From Selaginella moellendorffii (taxonomy: Eukaryota; Plantae; Lycopodiophyta), in NCBI RefSeq assembly GCF_000143415.4, contig NW_003314290.1, positions 62,001-126,000 on the forward strand: DNA of 64,000 bases, given 5' to 3'. The translations under genes and the position numbers were made by a program. Numbering within the stretch: position 1 is the stretch's first letter; each line of letters starts with the position of its first letter. Positions 1 through 13,034 of this stretch are shown here, in pieces. Below the pieces are notes generated by a model. The model was not told the DNA's origin. It searched no databases and saw nothing but the letters and a program-made list of their open reading frames with translations.

Positions 1-772
1 TAAAGCCCAAGAAGCAAAGTTGGACTGACATTGTAAAAGAGAAGGAGAGTGCCATAAGAAAAGGCACTATTGGTAGCATCTCTAGCCAATGTCAAGGGAA
101 AAGATGCCCAAGAGTGTGTTTGTATTTGTTCTGTGGATATTGGTTCTTTACACAAGCTCAGGGCCACTGTGTTGCCATGAGATTCTCTCTAGAGGACATT
201 CCATGATCTAAGTCTCAAGAATCATGGTAAATGCCTTTAAACATGGGCTTGGAGAGTTTTATGGCAGTGGCTTCTGGGTGCGTGGGGATCAACCCCATGA
301 GATTCGTTATGATCTACAGTTGTTCTGGAGCTCTTCCAGTGCGTGGAGAGTGGCTGGGCGCAGAGGGCCGCAGATACCCGCGAAGGGAATTCATGCGAGT
401 TGGGCGCCTGCCAGACAGGCGGCCCAAGAGCAGAGGAGGCTATGGGGACGAGTTCGACTGTTCTACTCTGTTGGATGGTACAAGCGATCGCTGTTAACTA
501 GAAAACATTAATTTAACTGCTATATGAATCACTCAGATCTCTCGCAATGGCATCACAAACCAGAGCGGCCATGTCGTGGTTGATGTTCTTCACGCAAATG
601 GTTGATCTGCTCGGAAGAGCCGGATGGCGCTGTGAAGCACGCCTGGAGAGCCTTCTTCCGAAACCTGGATGTCTTTACTTGGTTACATGTAAGCTGCAGA
701 GCGTGTCAAAAGTCTGTGGTGCGGCAGGAAACCTGCTTGCTCCACCGGATAATCGTTTGAAATTTGCTGGTA

Positions 773-934
773 CTACCAAAACTTCGCTCGAATTTTGTAG
801 ACTTTGAACATAGCGACTATGGCAACAAGAAGTGCCATGTAGCCAACCACGATGACAACCGAAAGGCCTGGAAGAACAAATATCGTGTCCATGGACAGGT
901 TCACCAGACCAGTGAGTACGTTTGCCTGTAAGGA

Positions 935-990
<56 letters not shown>

Positions 991-2862
991 GAAAGTATTG
1001 CTTGCTGCTCACCACTAAGAATGTCAATAACATATTGTCGTCGACGGCCTCTACAAGGACGAGTTTTGATGAGAGAAACGCTTCCGCCGAGGCAAAGATG
1101 GCCATAACCTGTCAACAATGTATGCGTTAGAGCCTATATGGTGCAAAAATATATTGGTGAAATGGTAAGATACCTCTAAGTTTTGGGCGAGGACAAACAT
1201 CACGTACGCCATGTTACACTGGCCACAAAGAAGGATTTTGAGATGCATTAGCAAATCACGGAGTATACCGTGCGGCGTGAAACGTTCTCTACGATTGAGT
1301 CAAGCACCACAACCAAAAGCCTGCACAAAAACAAGAGTTAATAGCGAGGTATTAGCAAAGATAGACTTCACCACAGAGCCCCATCAAGAAGCCAAAGCTC
1401 CGCTATGCTTAGCCAGCGGCTGTTTTCATTTGAGGACGAAGCTATCCATTTCAAGAAGCCTCCCGGATTGAAAAATATGTGTTGTCCAAGATGGACAGAC
1501 AGGAGGTACAAGCTCCAGTATCCTGATATCAGCAGCATCAGAAGAGTTCCAGAAAGCGAGTTCTTTACCAAAGATGCTGAAAATGCCTTCTTTGTTCAAA
1601 TCAACAAGTCCGGAACTCCTGTGCGGGGAAAGAATGTAATCTTTTAAACCGCAGCGAAGGGTGAACTGATGCACTGACATAAGAGTGTCAAAACAAACGA
1701 CACATTCCACCAAAACGAGCGACCAACCTGACAGTATGCCAAGCCCAAGATATCCACAATACGAAACAGGCATGCGAATTACTGAAGTAAGAAGAGAAAC
1801 AGCCGCCAAAGTGAAGAAAAAGTTCCAGTGGACGCCATATTCCCCTACGTGAACCTGAACAAACCAATAAGTTTCACCATTTGCAATTGAGTCACAAAGA
1901 AAAACCTGATAATCTGCTCCTTTCGTCGCTATAAGTCTCGCAAAACCCAGAGCCAGCAATGGACTCACGCTTTTAAGAATGTCCACGGTTCTAGTCCTTC
2001 TGAAACAGGAAACAAAGAAAGAAAAGGAGGCTTTTACATGACATCTACAACGAGAAAGGTTACGTACAGAAGATCTCGACTTCTTGCTTGTCTGGAGACT
2101 ATAGCATTCGCAGCAACAAACGATCCAACGCCTAGATCCATCTGGGAAACTTTCACTATCCATCAAACGAAGATCCATCGACTCACCAAGCCAGTGCCAT
2201 AAGTCTCGGTCTTGGCATATCTGCGAGGAAAAGCAGTGAAGTCCACAGCTAGGATTGTAACGCAAGTAACCAGTATCTGCAAGTTTAGGAGCATAAGTTG
2301 CGGACAAACGAGCCAAAACACGTACCATAATAAATCTATAGTATGTCAGGAACGGCCTTTTGAATGGAATAGAAGAGGACTTTAGCTTTTCTCGCTCCAG
2401 AAATGGCAGGAAACTACTCATTCCCAAGAGAATGGAAACGAGAAGCGCGATTCCATAAACTTTGTCCGCAAACACCTGTTAAGAAAGAAGATCTCGTGAG
2501 AAAACGATCACTAAAACCACGGATCTTACCGTGAGGCTCAAGACGGTAGGAAGAACAATGAAAGTAAAATCCAAAGCGAGGCATGTCCAAAAACCCTTTT
2601 GTGGCAAGATTGCAAAGCTCCGGAGAATAACAAGGGCCTGCAATCATTCTTCCACCAGAGCTTCATCTCACAAGGAAACAGAAGAAACAAAGATGTAGGT
2701 ACCGGTATGAGCGCCGAGAGTGCCGCAATCTCGATCTTGGAAGAGCCTTGCAAGTTGCTCACAAACCTGAGGAAGATATCACGCTTGGAATGATCAAAGG
2801 CGAGGGAAACCGAGGCGCGCTTACTCTTCTTTCAAATGCTTGTTTGGATTGAGCTGCCCCAT
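773..2862 (-). CDS. PIGW: GPI inositol-acyltransferase PIG-W/GWT1 homolog (multi-exon)
   Basis: Spliced reading starts [29 protein letters not shown] (ATG 2862). It contains [25 protein letters not shown] and [14 protein letters not shown] and ends [14 protein letters not shown]...YKIRAKFW* (TAG 773-775). Many short GT-AG introns. Confidence 0.9.
941..986. repeat. (AG)23 microsatellite in last PIG-W intron
   Basis: Perfect AG run at 941-986. It reads (CT)n on the sense strand, just upstream of the final acceptor. Confidence 0.97.
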
Positions 2863-3127
2863 CGTCGAATCCACGAATTCACGCTCTCACATCGCCGAAT
2901 TATAACCTAATTTTAAGACGCTTGACTTAGATTGACTTCGCTTAAATCGAAATCAAGCAGTGAATTATAGCAAAAAAACTATTACAACGCTAGTAAATTA
3001 CTATTTGATTTGATGCATTGCTAACACGTTATATTTGTGAAAGCCAAAAATCACGATCTCATAGAAAACAGAAAAATCCAGAGCTGAGAACTATACGCTA
3101 GAGAATGTTTACAGTCAAGAGCGAGGG

Positions 3128-5968
3128 TCATTTCCTGAAGTGGAAGTTAACAACCGACGCTTGGAGGAAGGATTGCTGAATCGATATAGCAAACGGAAAA
3201 ATTGGATGGAACACGAACGCAGCAACTCGCTTGATCCGAGTCTCGTTGGCACCATTCTCTGGACCTGCAATTTTTTTTTATTGCGAGTGTTAGAATGACT
3301 CACTTCTTGCGTTGCTTGGAGCAAATAGCGTACCTGGATTGATCTTGAACTTCAAAATGTGTGGTCTCCTTCGAGATAGGAACTTGATAGGATGCTCCAT
3401 GGAAGGCTTGTGTCGATCAGTAGCAGAGATAAGCTGTCCATGAAGGCTGTGTGAGTGTAGTGGAGAAGCAGCACGAAAAAAGAAAAATAGCCTTTACCTT
3501 CTCATCAAAATGGAAGAGTGAATGGTCGAAATACACAGAAGGGCTTTGGGACTGAGAGTTTACTGGCAACGATGCAAGTGTACGCCTAGCAATCTGAGAG
3601 AAAAAGGCAGTGGTTTACAGAAAAAGACGTAGCTTACGGGTGCGAAGCTGTTCGCTTTGTTGCTGGCTTTGGTATTGATGCAGGCTACTTTTTGCTCACG
3701 GCTTTGCTCTCGCACAAACACGTTGTTTGAAAACGATGTCACGTAGTTCATGTACACGGGGTAGCGTTGTGCGGAGCGAAAGTGATCCGCGAAGTTCTCA
3801 AACAGCTGGAGCAATTCTAGGGAAGAGTTCTGCAAGAAAAAGACCTCAGATCAACAGCACAAAATGGTCTCTCGATCCAAGCTACCTGTTGGAACTCCAA
3901 AATCTCCGTAGTCTCAAAGTTGTATACCACGAAAAATGCAAGCTGCTGAGAAACATCACAGCTCCGAGAAATCTGCACAAGAAACAAGCTAACACATCAC
4001 ATTCCTGCTAATGACACGAGCAAAAGATACGGACCACTCCATCCGCACTGCCAAACTTAATCAGCAAATGGTAGCGGTCCAAGAATTGCACCTGCTAAAC
4101 GGGATAAAAAATGGAAATAATGGCAGCCAGTGTTTTACCTTCCACATCACCAGCTCCGTGTAATGCTGAAAGTGGTAGTAAAAACGTTTCAAGCGTTGCG
4201 CTCGCTGCAAAGTCACCTTCAACTCAAACTCAGCCAAATCTCAGCAAGCAAAAATACCTGGACATGATCGTCGTCATGCTCAAGAATACTTCGGAATATA
4301 AAAGAAAGGAGCCGCTGTTTAATACCGCCCAGCACCGGCGGTCCTGTTTCGGATGATGAATTGGATTGCTCTCGACCAGACCTTGCGTTACTTTCACTTA
4401 GACTTCTAGGAAAAGCTCTCGGCAAACTGTGAACGACGTCATTCCTGCTGCTGGTGACAGGCGTGGAAACATTTGTAGTCGTAGCTTCAATGCTGCTGCT
4501 ATGATGATCCCGTGAGTGAGCATACGCCGGCTCCCAAATATTTCTACCTCCACTTACGTGCCTGCTTCCACTCGAGGAGACAGGAGTCACATTTTGGCCA
4601 GCTTCTCCCGTTGTTCCCAAAGTTAATCCAGATGAGTCGTCAACATGACCAAGCTCACTTCTAGCTTCAAAATCTTGCTGGTGTGGTGTCCTGCTACTCA
4701 GGACGAAATCCGTCCGTCTCTGCGCGTTTGCATTGTTGACGCTGCTCTGCTGGTTCTGGTCGCCGTGACGAGCACCCGTCATGTCATAGGATAATATCAA
4801 AGGTGTATAAGCTGTATAAGTCATTGGCAACTCGGTGACGCCTTGAGAAGATGTGCCAGCCCCAGAAGAAGAGGCACCAAGCAGCCCTCTGAAATAGCAC
4901 TCGAAATCGGATCCGACGGGAATGTGGCTGGAGTCATGATCATTATAGTTCCTTGAGTTCCTGTCGTCGCGAAGGATCTTGGAATCCTTCTCCAAGCTGG
5001 TTCTCGACTCCGTAGTCTCGTTCTCTTTATGTAGGACAGCTTGTGTGCTCTGATACCATGCTTCTTTCTGCAACACATTGTTTGTTTTAAGATTTACAAA
5101 GCAGATGACTCCTAGCTAACTTACTTGAGTTTGAGAACTGACGAGAAGCTCGTCATCTTCCTGGCAAAAGTCGCCAACACTTCGCACATCTACAAAAGTG
5201 CCAGAATCTCTTATCTGCAGGATGTGAACGCATTGGAATCGAACCGAAAGAATCGCCAAAAGATCCTCATACATGAACACCCCCATGTTGTGAGATAAGT
5301 GGATGAAATCGTCATGATAGATACGATCATCCGTGATAATACCATCCGCTAATCTGGAAAGAAACCAACACAAAAGTTATTAATTGCATCGTTTACGTTT
5401 CCATTTGCAAGCTCACCTCACAGCCAGAATTCTTATTTTCTCAATCGATGGCACGCCTGGAACGGCTCCTTGAACCGAAGCTGCATCAGCGTCAGGGCCC
5501 GTAGATGTTGCGAACAGTCCATAGACTCCATTCTCCGTCGTCAAGAAAAAATCCTTACAAATAGTCTCAGTTCCCGTGGCCAAAGCAACACAATAAAGCT
5601 CCGTGAAGAAGCTCTCGAACTTTGCTGCTTTCGGAGGGAGCTCGGCATCTTCAGCTTCACCTTTGACGCAAAAATTCAACCAGTTGAAACGATAAACCAC
5701 CAGGTGCTGGAAGCTTCGAGTGAAAGCTATCAAGTACTGGCCGTCGTTGGTGAATTTGCGGAATGTATGATCGGGACACTCCACATCGTAGACAGTATGA
5801 CTTGGTACAATATTCTCGTACAAAGTCCTCACCGTGTGCAACTGCGAAGAAGAATAGAAGGAAATACAGTATCCCTGTTTCCTTGCATCATACCTGAGAG
5901 CCAGAAGGTTTGCAACTTAGTTGTCGATTGAACAGCCTGTGAGTGATATTCTCACTCCGTTTCACCAT
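3128..5968 (-). CDS. DET1: De-etiolated 1, light-signalling repressor and CUL4-DDB1 adaptor (multi-exon)
   Basis: MVKRSENITHRLFNRQ..., LYENIVPSHTVYDVECPDHTFRKFTNDGQYL, HNMGVFMYEDLLAILSVRFQ, GIKQRLLSFIFR; C-terminus FVFHPIFPFAISIQQSFLQASVVNFHFRK* (TGA 3128-3130). Confidence 0.93.
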
Positions 5969-8650
5969 TCGAGCCGGAAAGAGAAGCCTCTTTACAAGGA
6001 CTTCTGCTGAGAAGAACGAGGCGGGAGGGAAAATGAAGAGCGGCTGCCATACCCATAAAAGAGAAGATCTCGCCGCTGGAGCCTCAACTCGCCGTTCATA
6101 ACAAGCTACTCATAGCGATAGCAATGCTTTCCTGCCACAAGACGGAAAAACAATCAGCAATGCAGAAAACCCAGGAACCACGGCACAACCGGAGAAGAGG
6201 CACGGATCACAGGCACATGAGAATACGGTGGAGGCGAAAAGAGGAGAATGCTGTTGCCCACCTGATTCCACGCTGCTGGCCTTGATATCTCTCTTTCTTC
6301 CAGTCCTCTCTCTCTTCTCTGTGGTGGATGTAGACCCTTGAATTGATAGCCTCTAGAATGGCATCTTTTGGGCGGAGGGGATAGAAGGCTACCGGAAAAG
6401 AGCTCTTTTCCTCCTCACTCCTGCCTTTTAGATCTACAAAGCAATCTACAGCACAAAAACCCCGTAAATAAAAGCCGCGTGGACCGAAAAAAAGGAAAGA
6501 GGAGTGTACGAATTTTTTTTGTTTTCCTAAGATCACCTTGCAAAGATGTCGTCTCAAGTTCACTGGCTGCAATGAGCCATCCATCTGTATGTGACGGAAA
6601 GGTTAAGCCACCGCTTTCTTTCTAAACATAGACGAGGAAACCCACCGTTCGTTTTTTGACTTATCTTCGCCAAGTTGTATCATATCAGATGTTACGTATC
6701 AAGCGCTGCGAATTTTCAGTGATCACAAATGCCAGCTTTCAACGAACGAAGGCACAACTTACCCAAACCAGCTTGTCTTTGTCTTTTCCTGGAATACAGA
6801 AGGAACAGTCTGCGTGCTGCTACATTACGGGCAAAGATGAGAAGAAAACCAACCAGAAGCTGTGAAATCTCACCACGAAAGCTAGCTTTACACAAAGCTG
6901 GAATATGCATTTGGTACTCCCGTGGACAGCGACGGAGACATTGCATTTACACCCTTGACCATCCTGCCCCCACAGCACAGAAAGCACGTTTCGCAAAAAA
7001 CCGCAAGCTTACAAACCAAGAAATATACGTGCCTGCAGCTTGCCTGCAGCTTGCCTGCAGCTGTCATGGGGACTGGCCCTTGTACATAACTCCGCAACCG
7101 ATGGAACAACGTCCGCGTCTCTGCGAGAAAACACAATTAGCCTCTCCTCCCCGCTTTGCGTCTCAACAGGGAGGAGCGGCTTACTGCTTGCTTAGTAACA
7201 GATGGCGGTCTCAATCGGCCCTGCAAAAGGTAGGAAGACGATGAGAAATGGAAAGAAAAAGCTCATAAAAGCACGTTACAATCTCTCGCCGTAAAAGGGA
7301 CTACTCTCTTTGCCGAGAAAACAAGCAACAGAATCTAAGCCACTGGACAGCCACACGTTGAACAAAAGATTCATAACCATCTACGTGTTCAGCTACCATC
7401 CATGAGAAACTCATTTGACACTCTCTGCCAAAAGCCACACCCAACCGATCCAATCCAATCCAATGGAGTCCGACCATCCTGTACACCGACCAGCAGTAGA
7501 CTCTACGGGCTAAGTGAAAAAGATATCCACCTGGAATATATGACCACCGCTCTCGCCTTTAATCGAGACGTGTAGCGCCCACCAAACCACCAAAAGCTTG
7601 AGCGCCCTTGAATAGATAAGGTGACATGGTACCATTACCACCAAGCGCTCCTGACTGGCACTGTTCACAAGCACAACAAACGTTAGCTCCACGAAAAAAA
7701 AAACAAAAACGAGTGACTACAGAAGTCTCACTGTTGCAAAGGCCAGTGAATTGGTGGCCCTGCACTCGAACGTCATCGCGCGCACTGGACAGAAAAAGAA
7801 GTGCTTTCGGAACATTATCGGTTAAGTAAGCCAAAAGAGAGAAACAAACTGTCATAAAAAAACAGATGTCTTACAAGCTTGGCTGTTTCATTTGCTAGAA
7901 TGCGATTCCATGGTCTCCAATGCCCCGAGAATCGCTGCCACCTGAGATCAAAACAAAAGCAAACCTCTTGAGCAAGAAGTTGAAAAAGACAGATTTGTTT
8001 AAGACCGGCATAGCGCTCCAAGGTAAAGACCGAGATGACGGCGGCTCTAAGAAGATTTAAAACGCTACCCCTGTGGAAACAACCTTCGCTATTGGAAAGG
8101 CATGCCACTAGAGAAAGTCAAAGGTACCTGTGAGCGAAACGTTAGCGAGAGCATAAAAACAAGAGCTTCTTGCCTTTTGATTTGCCCCGGCTTTCCTGAA
8201 GAGAGCAAAGACGAAACATGATAGGCCGATCCACCGCGAAATGAAGCACAAGAACACCTCAAACAAGGAAAACATGAGTGTTTTCGTCGATAACGAGAAG
8301 CTGACGATCGTTTGATCTAGAAACGAAGAACTCGGTCACACTGAGAATCACTTAAGGACCTAGATGTCTAGAAGTGCTGGGAATCACGGCTACGATTACA
8401 CGCCAAGCAAGACAATGCCGCTTACCCCAAGCTCTGCCCGAATTCTCCTGCGATTCCTTCGATCGATGCGCTCGCTTTGATCGCTACGCTTGCAGACACG
8501 TGCTGGTGATCAAGCGGAGTCCATCGCGGCAGCGCCTAGAGATCGAAGGCGCAAGACGCTTACCCTAGACCTTCTTCTTTAAACCCTTACGTTTTAAAAC
8601 CCTTTAGTAAAGCACATAGATTCGTGTTTCCTTTCTCTGTGGCGATCGAA

Positions 8651-10674
8651 TCAGATCGTGGTCGCTGCTAGGATTGTGCGATTCGACACCTCGAGAACTT
8701 CCAGCTTCTTCTGGAGCCTCTCTCGCTTGTACTGGAGCTGCGTGTCCTCGGCCATGAGCTCCATCAACTTGTCCCGCGACGCAAAGCTCTTCATCACCAC
8801 CGTCTCAAACTCCCCGATCAGCGACTTGTCCAGCGAGTACCGCAGATGCATTGGAACCTCGTCGCAAAGCCTGTTCTTGATCACCTCCATGTACGAATCC
8901 AAGCTGTTCTTCATCTCCCTCATCGTGGAGCTGGAGCTGGAGGATTTGGAGTACATCCTGTTCTTGGACAACTCGCAAGAATCCATCTCCGATACCGCCA
9001 AGAGCTGCTTCTTCTCGACCAGCTCCATGTACTTTGGATTGAGAGTGAAGGTGATGGTGGTCTCCTTCTCGAGCTTGTCCTGGACGAACTCCTTGCACGC
9101 CGACTGGGATTTTTCGAGCACGCCTTGCATGTTCTTCTTGAGCAGTGCTTCGGGTACCCCTCGGTTTTCTTGCTGATCACTGGCATCACCACCTGGGCTG
9201 CGTAGTTGTGAACCTCGTCAACCGTGGCAATGCTCGGCTCATGGAACTCCTTCACGTTGTAGGCCACCATTTGCTTGAGCACCGATGACTGGAGAATGTT
9301 TGGCAGCGTCACGCCTTTGGCCTCGTGAAGGAGCTCCTCCAGCTTTCTCTGTGACCCGGAGCTTGAAGAGCCTTCGTCTCCATTAGAACGGATCTGGCTG
9401 GAGAGCTTGACGAAATACTCGTGGAGCCGAGCAGCGTAGTTCATCTGCTTGTCGTCGGGAAACTCGGGTAGAGAATCACCAGCGAGAAGCCTCTCGAGTG
9501 ACCTCCGGATGCTCTGGTAGCAGTCCATGGCCAGAGGCAGCGCCGACTCGGAGTCTGCTACGCGCTGAGGGAGAGCATCCAGGTCTCTCCTCACGGCGGT
9601 CAGTGCACTCCGGATGTTCCCCACGAGTTTCGGTAAGTTCTTCCGCAAGCTATCGGCTTGAAACTCTGTCAACCGCTTCGCAAGTTGACGGATGCCCAGC
9701 ATGCTCTCGGGTAAGTCTCTGAGATGGGGATCAGTTCGAAAGAGCTCGGCTTCCCTGTCTCTGCCTTCCTCATGAGTTTCATCACCTATCCTGTTTCGGA
9801 CACATATGTATCCCAAGCCGATGCCGACCACGTCCGCCATCACCTTCTCCTTCAAATCCTTCGGCGACATATCCACTTTGGTGACGACGGCCATAGTCCT
9901 TTCACCCTCCCTGTCAACCTGCCTTGACATGAGAATCGATTCGCAAGTTGGGAAATCCACCGTCGAGCAGATGACGTTGAGGATAATTGTTTCCTTCGGA
10001 GAAATGTATTCCTGTATGATCTTCTTTATCTGCTCCTCGATGTCCTCGGGTTGGCCATGGACGGGAACTCTAGTAATGCCAGGAAGATCGATCATTGTCA
10101 AGTCAGGAGCACCCGGCTTGGTTATGTGCAGCGATATCGGCTTGTTGACAATGTGCTTGTCTCCGGCAAGCTCGATAGTAGCTTCCACAACTGCCGCAGA
10201 GATCTCAGCTTCCTCGATAACCCGCTTCTTGCCACCGTACTGAATAACTACCTGGTGAGACTGATCAGTGACGGAGGTATTTTGAAGCCGCAGGACTAGA
10301 GGCACTCGTGTCACGACGCCTTGGCCGCGGGGTAAGTCCACCTGAGCGAGTGACTCCAGGACGCTGCTTTTGCCACTCGACTGGTCCCCGACAACAACTA
10401 TAGTTGGAAGCTTGATACCTTCCTCCGCGACGGACAGCTGCCTCAGCGTGTCGACAGCATCCAGCAAAGAACGAACATTCTCGTTGAACGGTGTCTGCAA
10501 TGCGCATTCCTCTGGTGTCCGCCTGCTTCTATACCTTTCCATGATAGCCATTCTGTCGGGATCGATTGGCGACGAGATGCTTTCCTGCAATACAAACTTC
10601 GAAAACGAAAACTTGGATATATCACTTACCCAGTTTGACAACGCAGAGCTCACTGCACTTCCAAGTCGCCTCAT
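8651..10674 (-). pseudogene. Dynamin-related protein, DRP4/Mx-like, with one frameshift near 9150
   Basis: G1 GDQSSGKSS, TRVP, DLPG and TKVD GTPase motifs and the LLDAVDTLR Mx/DRP4-type N-terminal helix. The GED (YMEVIKNRLCDEVPMHLRY...KRERLQKKLEVL) is in a different frame (ORF 8651-9130). No GT-AG intron is evident at the junction. Confidence 0.8.
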
Positions 10675-10964
10675 CGGTAACAAAGAAAGTCGAGACAGAA
10701 CCTCAGCAGAAGTGAACGTTGACTATCACCGAATCTCCGAACTCTTTATCCTCCTCAAAACAATATCAGTGATCCTCGAAGGATGTCAAGATATTAATAG
10801 ATACATCCGTCCAGAATTAAAACCGCCGAACCGATTTTCTAGCATAAACAAGATGTGACTGCTTGAAATGACATGCATTACAGAAGAACGTGAAGACACG
10901 CTGCAAGCACACTCGCAAATACAGAAGGGAAGTATGTACCTCGCAGTAGTCTTAGTAGCGGAGC

Positions 10965-12542
10965 CTAACAAGTGTTGACACCATCTTTGCAGTCGCTCGT
11001 CAAATGCCCAAACGTCTCAATGCGCTTCTTTGCACGTAGAAAAACCTCCGAGTCCACCTCCGCTCTCATGTAGCCATCGAACTCCACTCGCTTGTTCCTT
11101 GTGAGAGGCATTGTTTGGTTGTACCAAAGGCTGTGCGGACCCCAGAGGCTCTTAAAATCGCTGAGTAAGTGTACTCGGTACTTGGCCCGCAGCTTATCGA
11201 AGTAACCTTCGAGCCTCTCGTTGGTGGCTATATACAAAGTCCGGCCCTCCTCTACTTCCTTTTCTAGCTTCTCCATTATCGCCTCCGGCATTGTATCCCT
11301 GTCCAAGTTCGGCCACCGCTCCTTGTCCTCGGCTTTTTTTCCTCTGACAACGTGAACAGCATCGAAGTCCCATTCCATTTCCCCGCAGATTGAGTTGACC
11401 ATGTTCATCAGCCGCTTGGATTTCCACAGGAGATCCCACGGCCTGTGGATAACTTTCTCTGGCTCCCCTTCACAAACTCGATACCAGTAGTTGTTTGGCT
11501 CGGGCTGCTCGAATTTTCTCCAGAGTATAGTGTTCTCAAAGCTGCGTAAGTGCATCGGAGTGACGTTAAAATCCTCCACCACCCTGTAGCTCAGGGGGTG
11601 CTGCGGATGCTTCTTGTTCCAGTTCAGCCACCTTTTTAGGAACTGCTTCTGCTCGACTACAGCAGCTTTCTTCTGCAAGTGCTCGTAGTCGAAGTAAAGC
11701 CGAAAATCTTTTCCTTCCTGCGGCTTGAGATCGGGACTGTAGCTGCCCTCGAGGCACATCTCTAGATCCACCACGAGTGTCCTGTTGAGATACCGAGCCT
11801 CGCCTAGAGCACACAAAAAGCTCCACATATACTGGTTCATGCTCTTGCAGTAGTCGCCACCCCGAGAGTAGTATAAATACTTGCCGCTCCAGAATGTGTT
11901 GAATGACCTGTTATATATCGAGTCATTGACGAAATCCCTCTGGAAGAAAGCATTTTTTCCCGAGTGCCATCCGCCAATCTTCTCGACAACGTAGTCGCAC
12001 GATGTGTTGACGAGCAGCTTGTACTCCCTGTAATCCCTATACATCCGCAAAGACTTCTCATGCCTGGGTTTGAACCTCCAGGCTATGTCGCACGTCGAAT
12101 CCTTCGAGCCTCGAACAGGAACTCCATACTGGAACACTCCCATGTCGGGGAACTTCTTCTCGTTAGCCAACTCGATGGCGACCAAAACATCTGGGTCGGA
12201 GCAATTGATAAACGTCGTCCCGGGATCACAAACTCCAACGCTGACGCTCAAGTTCTTCTCCAGCGCTGGCCCAAGGATTTCTGCCGGTGCTTGAGAAGGA
12301 ACTGGAGCTAGAATGTCTTCGCCCGTGACGACAACCGTGTCCTCCTTCTCAAACGTAGCGTTTCTCAGCGTGGAGACAACTTGGTCCATCACCTTCGAGG
12401 CCTGGAACACTGGATCCGGAGGTTGATACCCAATGGCGAGAAGCGTGAGGAGCAGCGCTAAAGTGACCACCGCCGCCATGGAAATGGTGCTACTGGCAAT
12501 CCTCTGGATCATCTCCAGAGAAAAAACGTGGATGTGCTTCAT
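10965..12542 (-). CDS. SUB1-like (SHORT UNDER BLUE LIGHT1 family) type II membrane protein, O-fucosyltransferase-like; intronless
   Basis: N-terminal TM segment, CDIAWRF, GKYLYYSRGGDYCKSMNQYMWSFLCALGEARYLNRTLV, DFDAVHVVRG, ends DCKDGVNTC*. Start codon uncertain. Confidence 0.85.
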   Translation of the reverse strand: MKHIHVFSLEMIQRIASSTISMAAVVTLALLLTLLAIGYQPPDPVFQASKVMDQVVSTLRNATFEKEDTVVVTGEDILAPVPSQAPAEILGPALEKNLSVSVGVCDPGTTFINCSDPDVLVAIELANEKKFPDMGVFQYGVPVRGSKDSTCDIAWRFKPRHEKSLRMYRDYREYKLLVNTSCDYVVEKIGGWHSGKNAFFQRDFVNDSIYNRSFNTFWSGKYLYYSRGGDYCKSMNQYMWSFLCALGEARYLNRTLVVDLEMCLEGSYSPDLKPQEGKDFRLYFDYEHLQKKAAVVEQKQFLKRWLNWNKKHPQHPLSYRVVEDFNVTPMHLRSFENTILWRKFEQPEPNNYWYRVCEGEPEKVIHRPWDLLWKSKRLMNMVNSICGEMEWDFDAVHVVRGKKAEDKERWPNLDRDTMPEAIMEKLEKEVEEGRTLYIATNERLEGYFDKLRAKYRVHLLSDFKSLWGPHSLWYNQTMPLTRNKRVEFDGYMRAEVDSEVFLRAKKRIETFGHLTSDCKDGVNTC

Positions 12543-13034
12543 TGCTATCGTTGATTTTCCTCTCACACGGTAAGAGTTTCCTTACGGTCTGGCCATGGCA
12601 CTAGTTAGTCAGGAGAGGGAAATTCTAGAAGTAGCTCACAAACCTGGAGAATCAGTGCTATGCCGCGCAAGCCGATTTGAAATCCCGGGAAGTTTTCTCA
12701 TCGAGCAGAAGAATTGATGCCTTCGATTCGCGCTAACATGTCGAGCGAGCGCTCTCTCGCGAAATGTAGCGTAAACACGATCAGACAAAAACCTGGAAGG
12801 AATCGCCGGGCGGATAGATCAGCTCCTCAGCCGCTCGCGATCGACGATTCACTCAATGCCGGACGATTCCCATAGATCTAGGGAGATCTCTTCGCTGCTC
12901 CGGCCAGATCTAGACGAATGAAAACCTCAAAACCCTGGGAATATTGTTTGAACACTCCCTCTACCTAATTGCTCCATTAGCGCAAATAACGCGTGTTCTC
13001 TTGACAGCGGGAAGGAGCTCTTTACTATCGTCCA

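Noticed and set aside
1426-2475. 349-aa ORF as a single-exon gene
   Set aside because: It is read-through across several short PIG-W introns and mixes real and intronic sequence.
7030-7065. Three copies of GCCTGCAGCTT
   Set aside because: Very short local slippage with no further structure.
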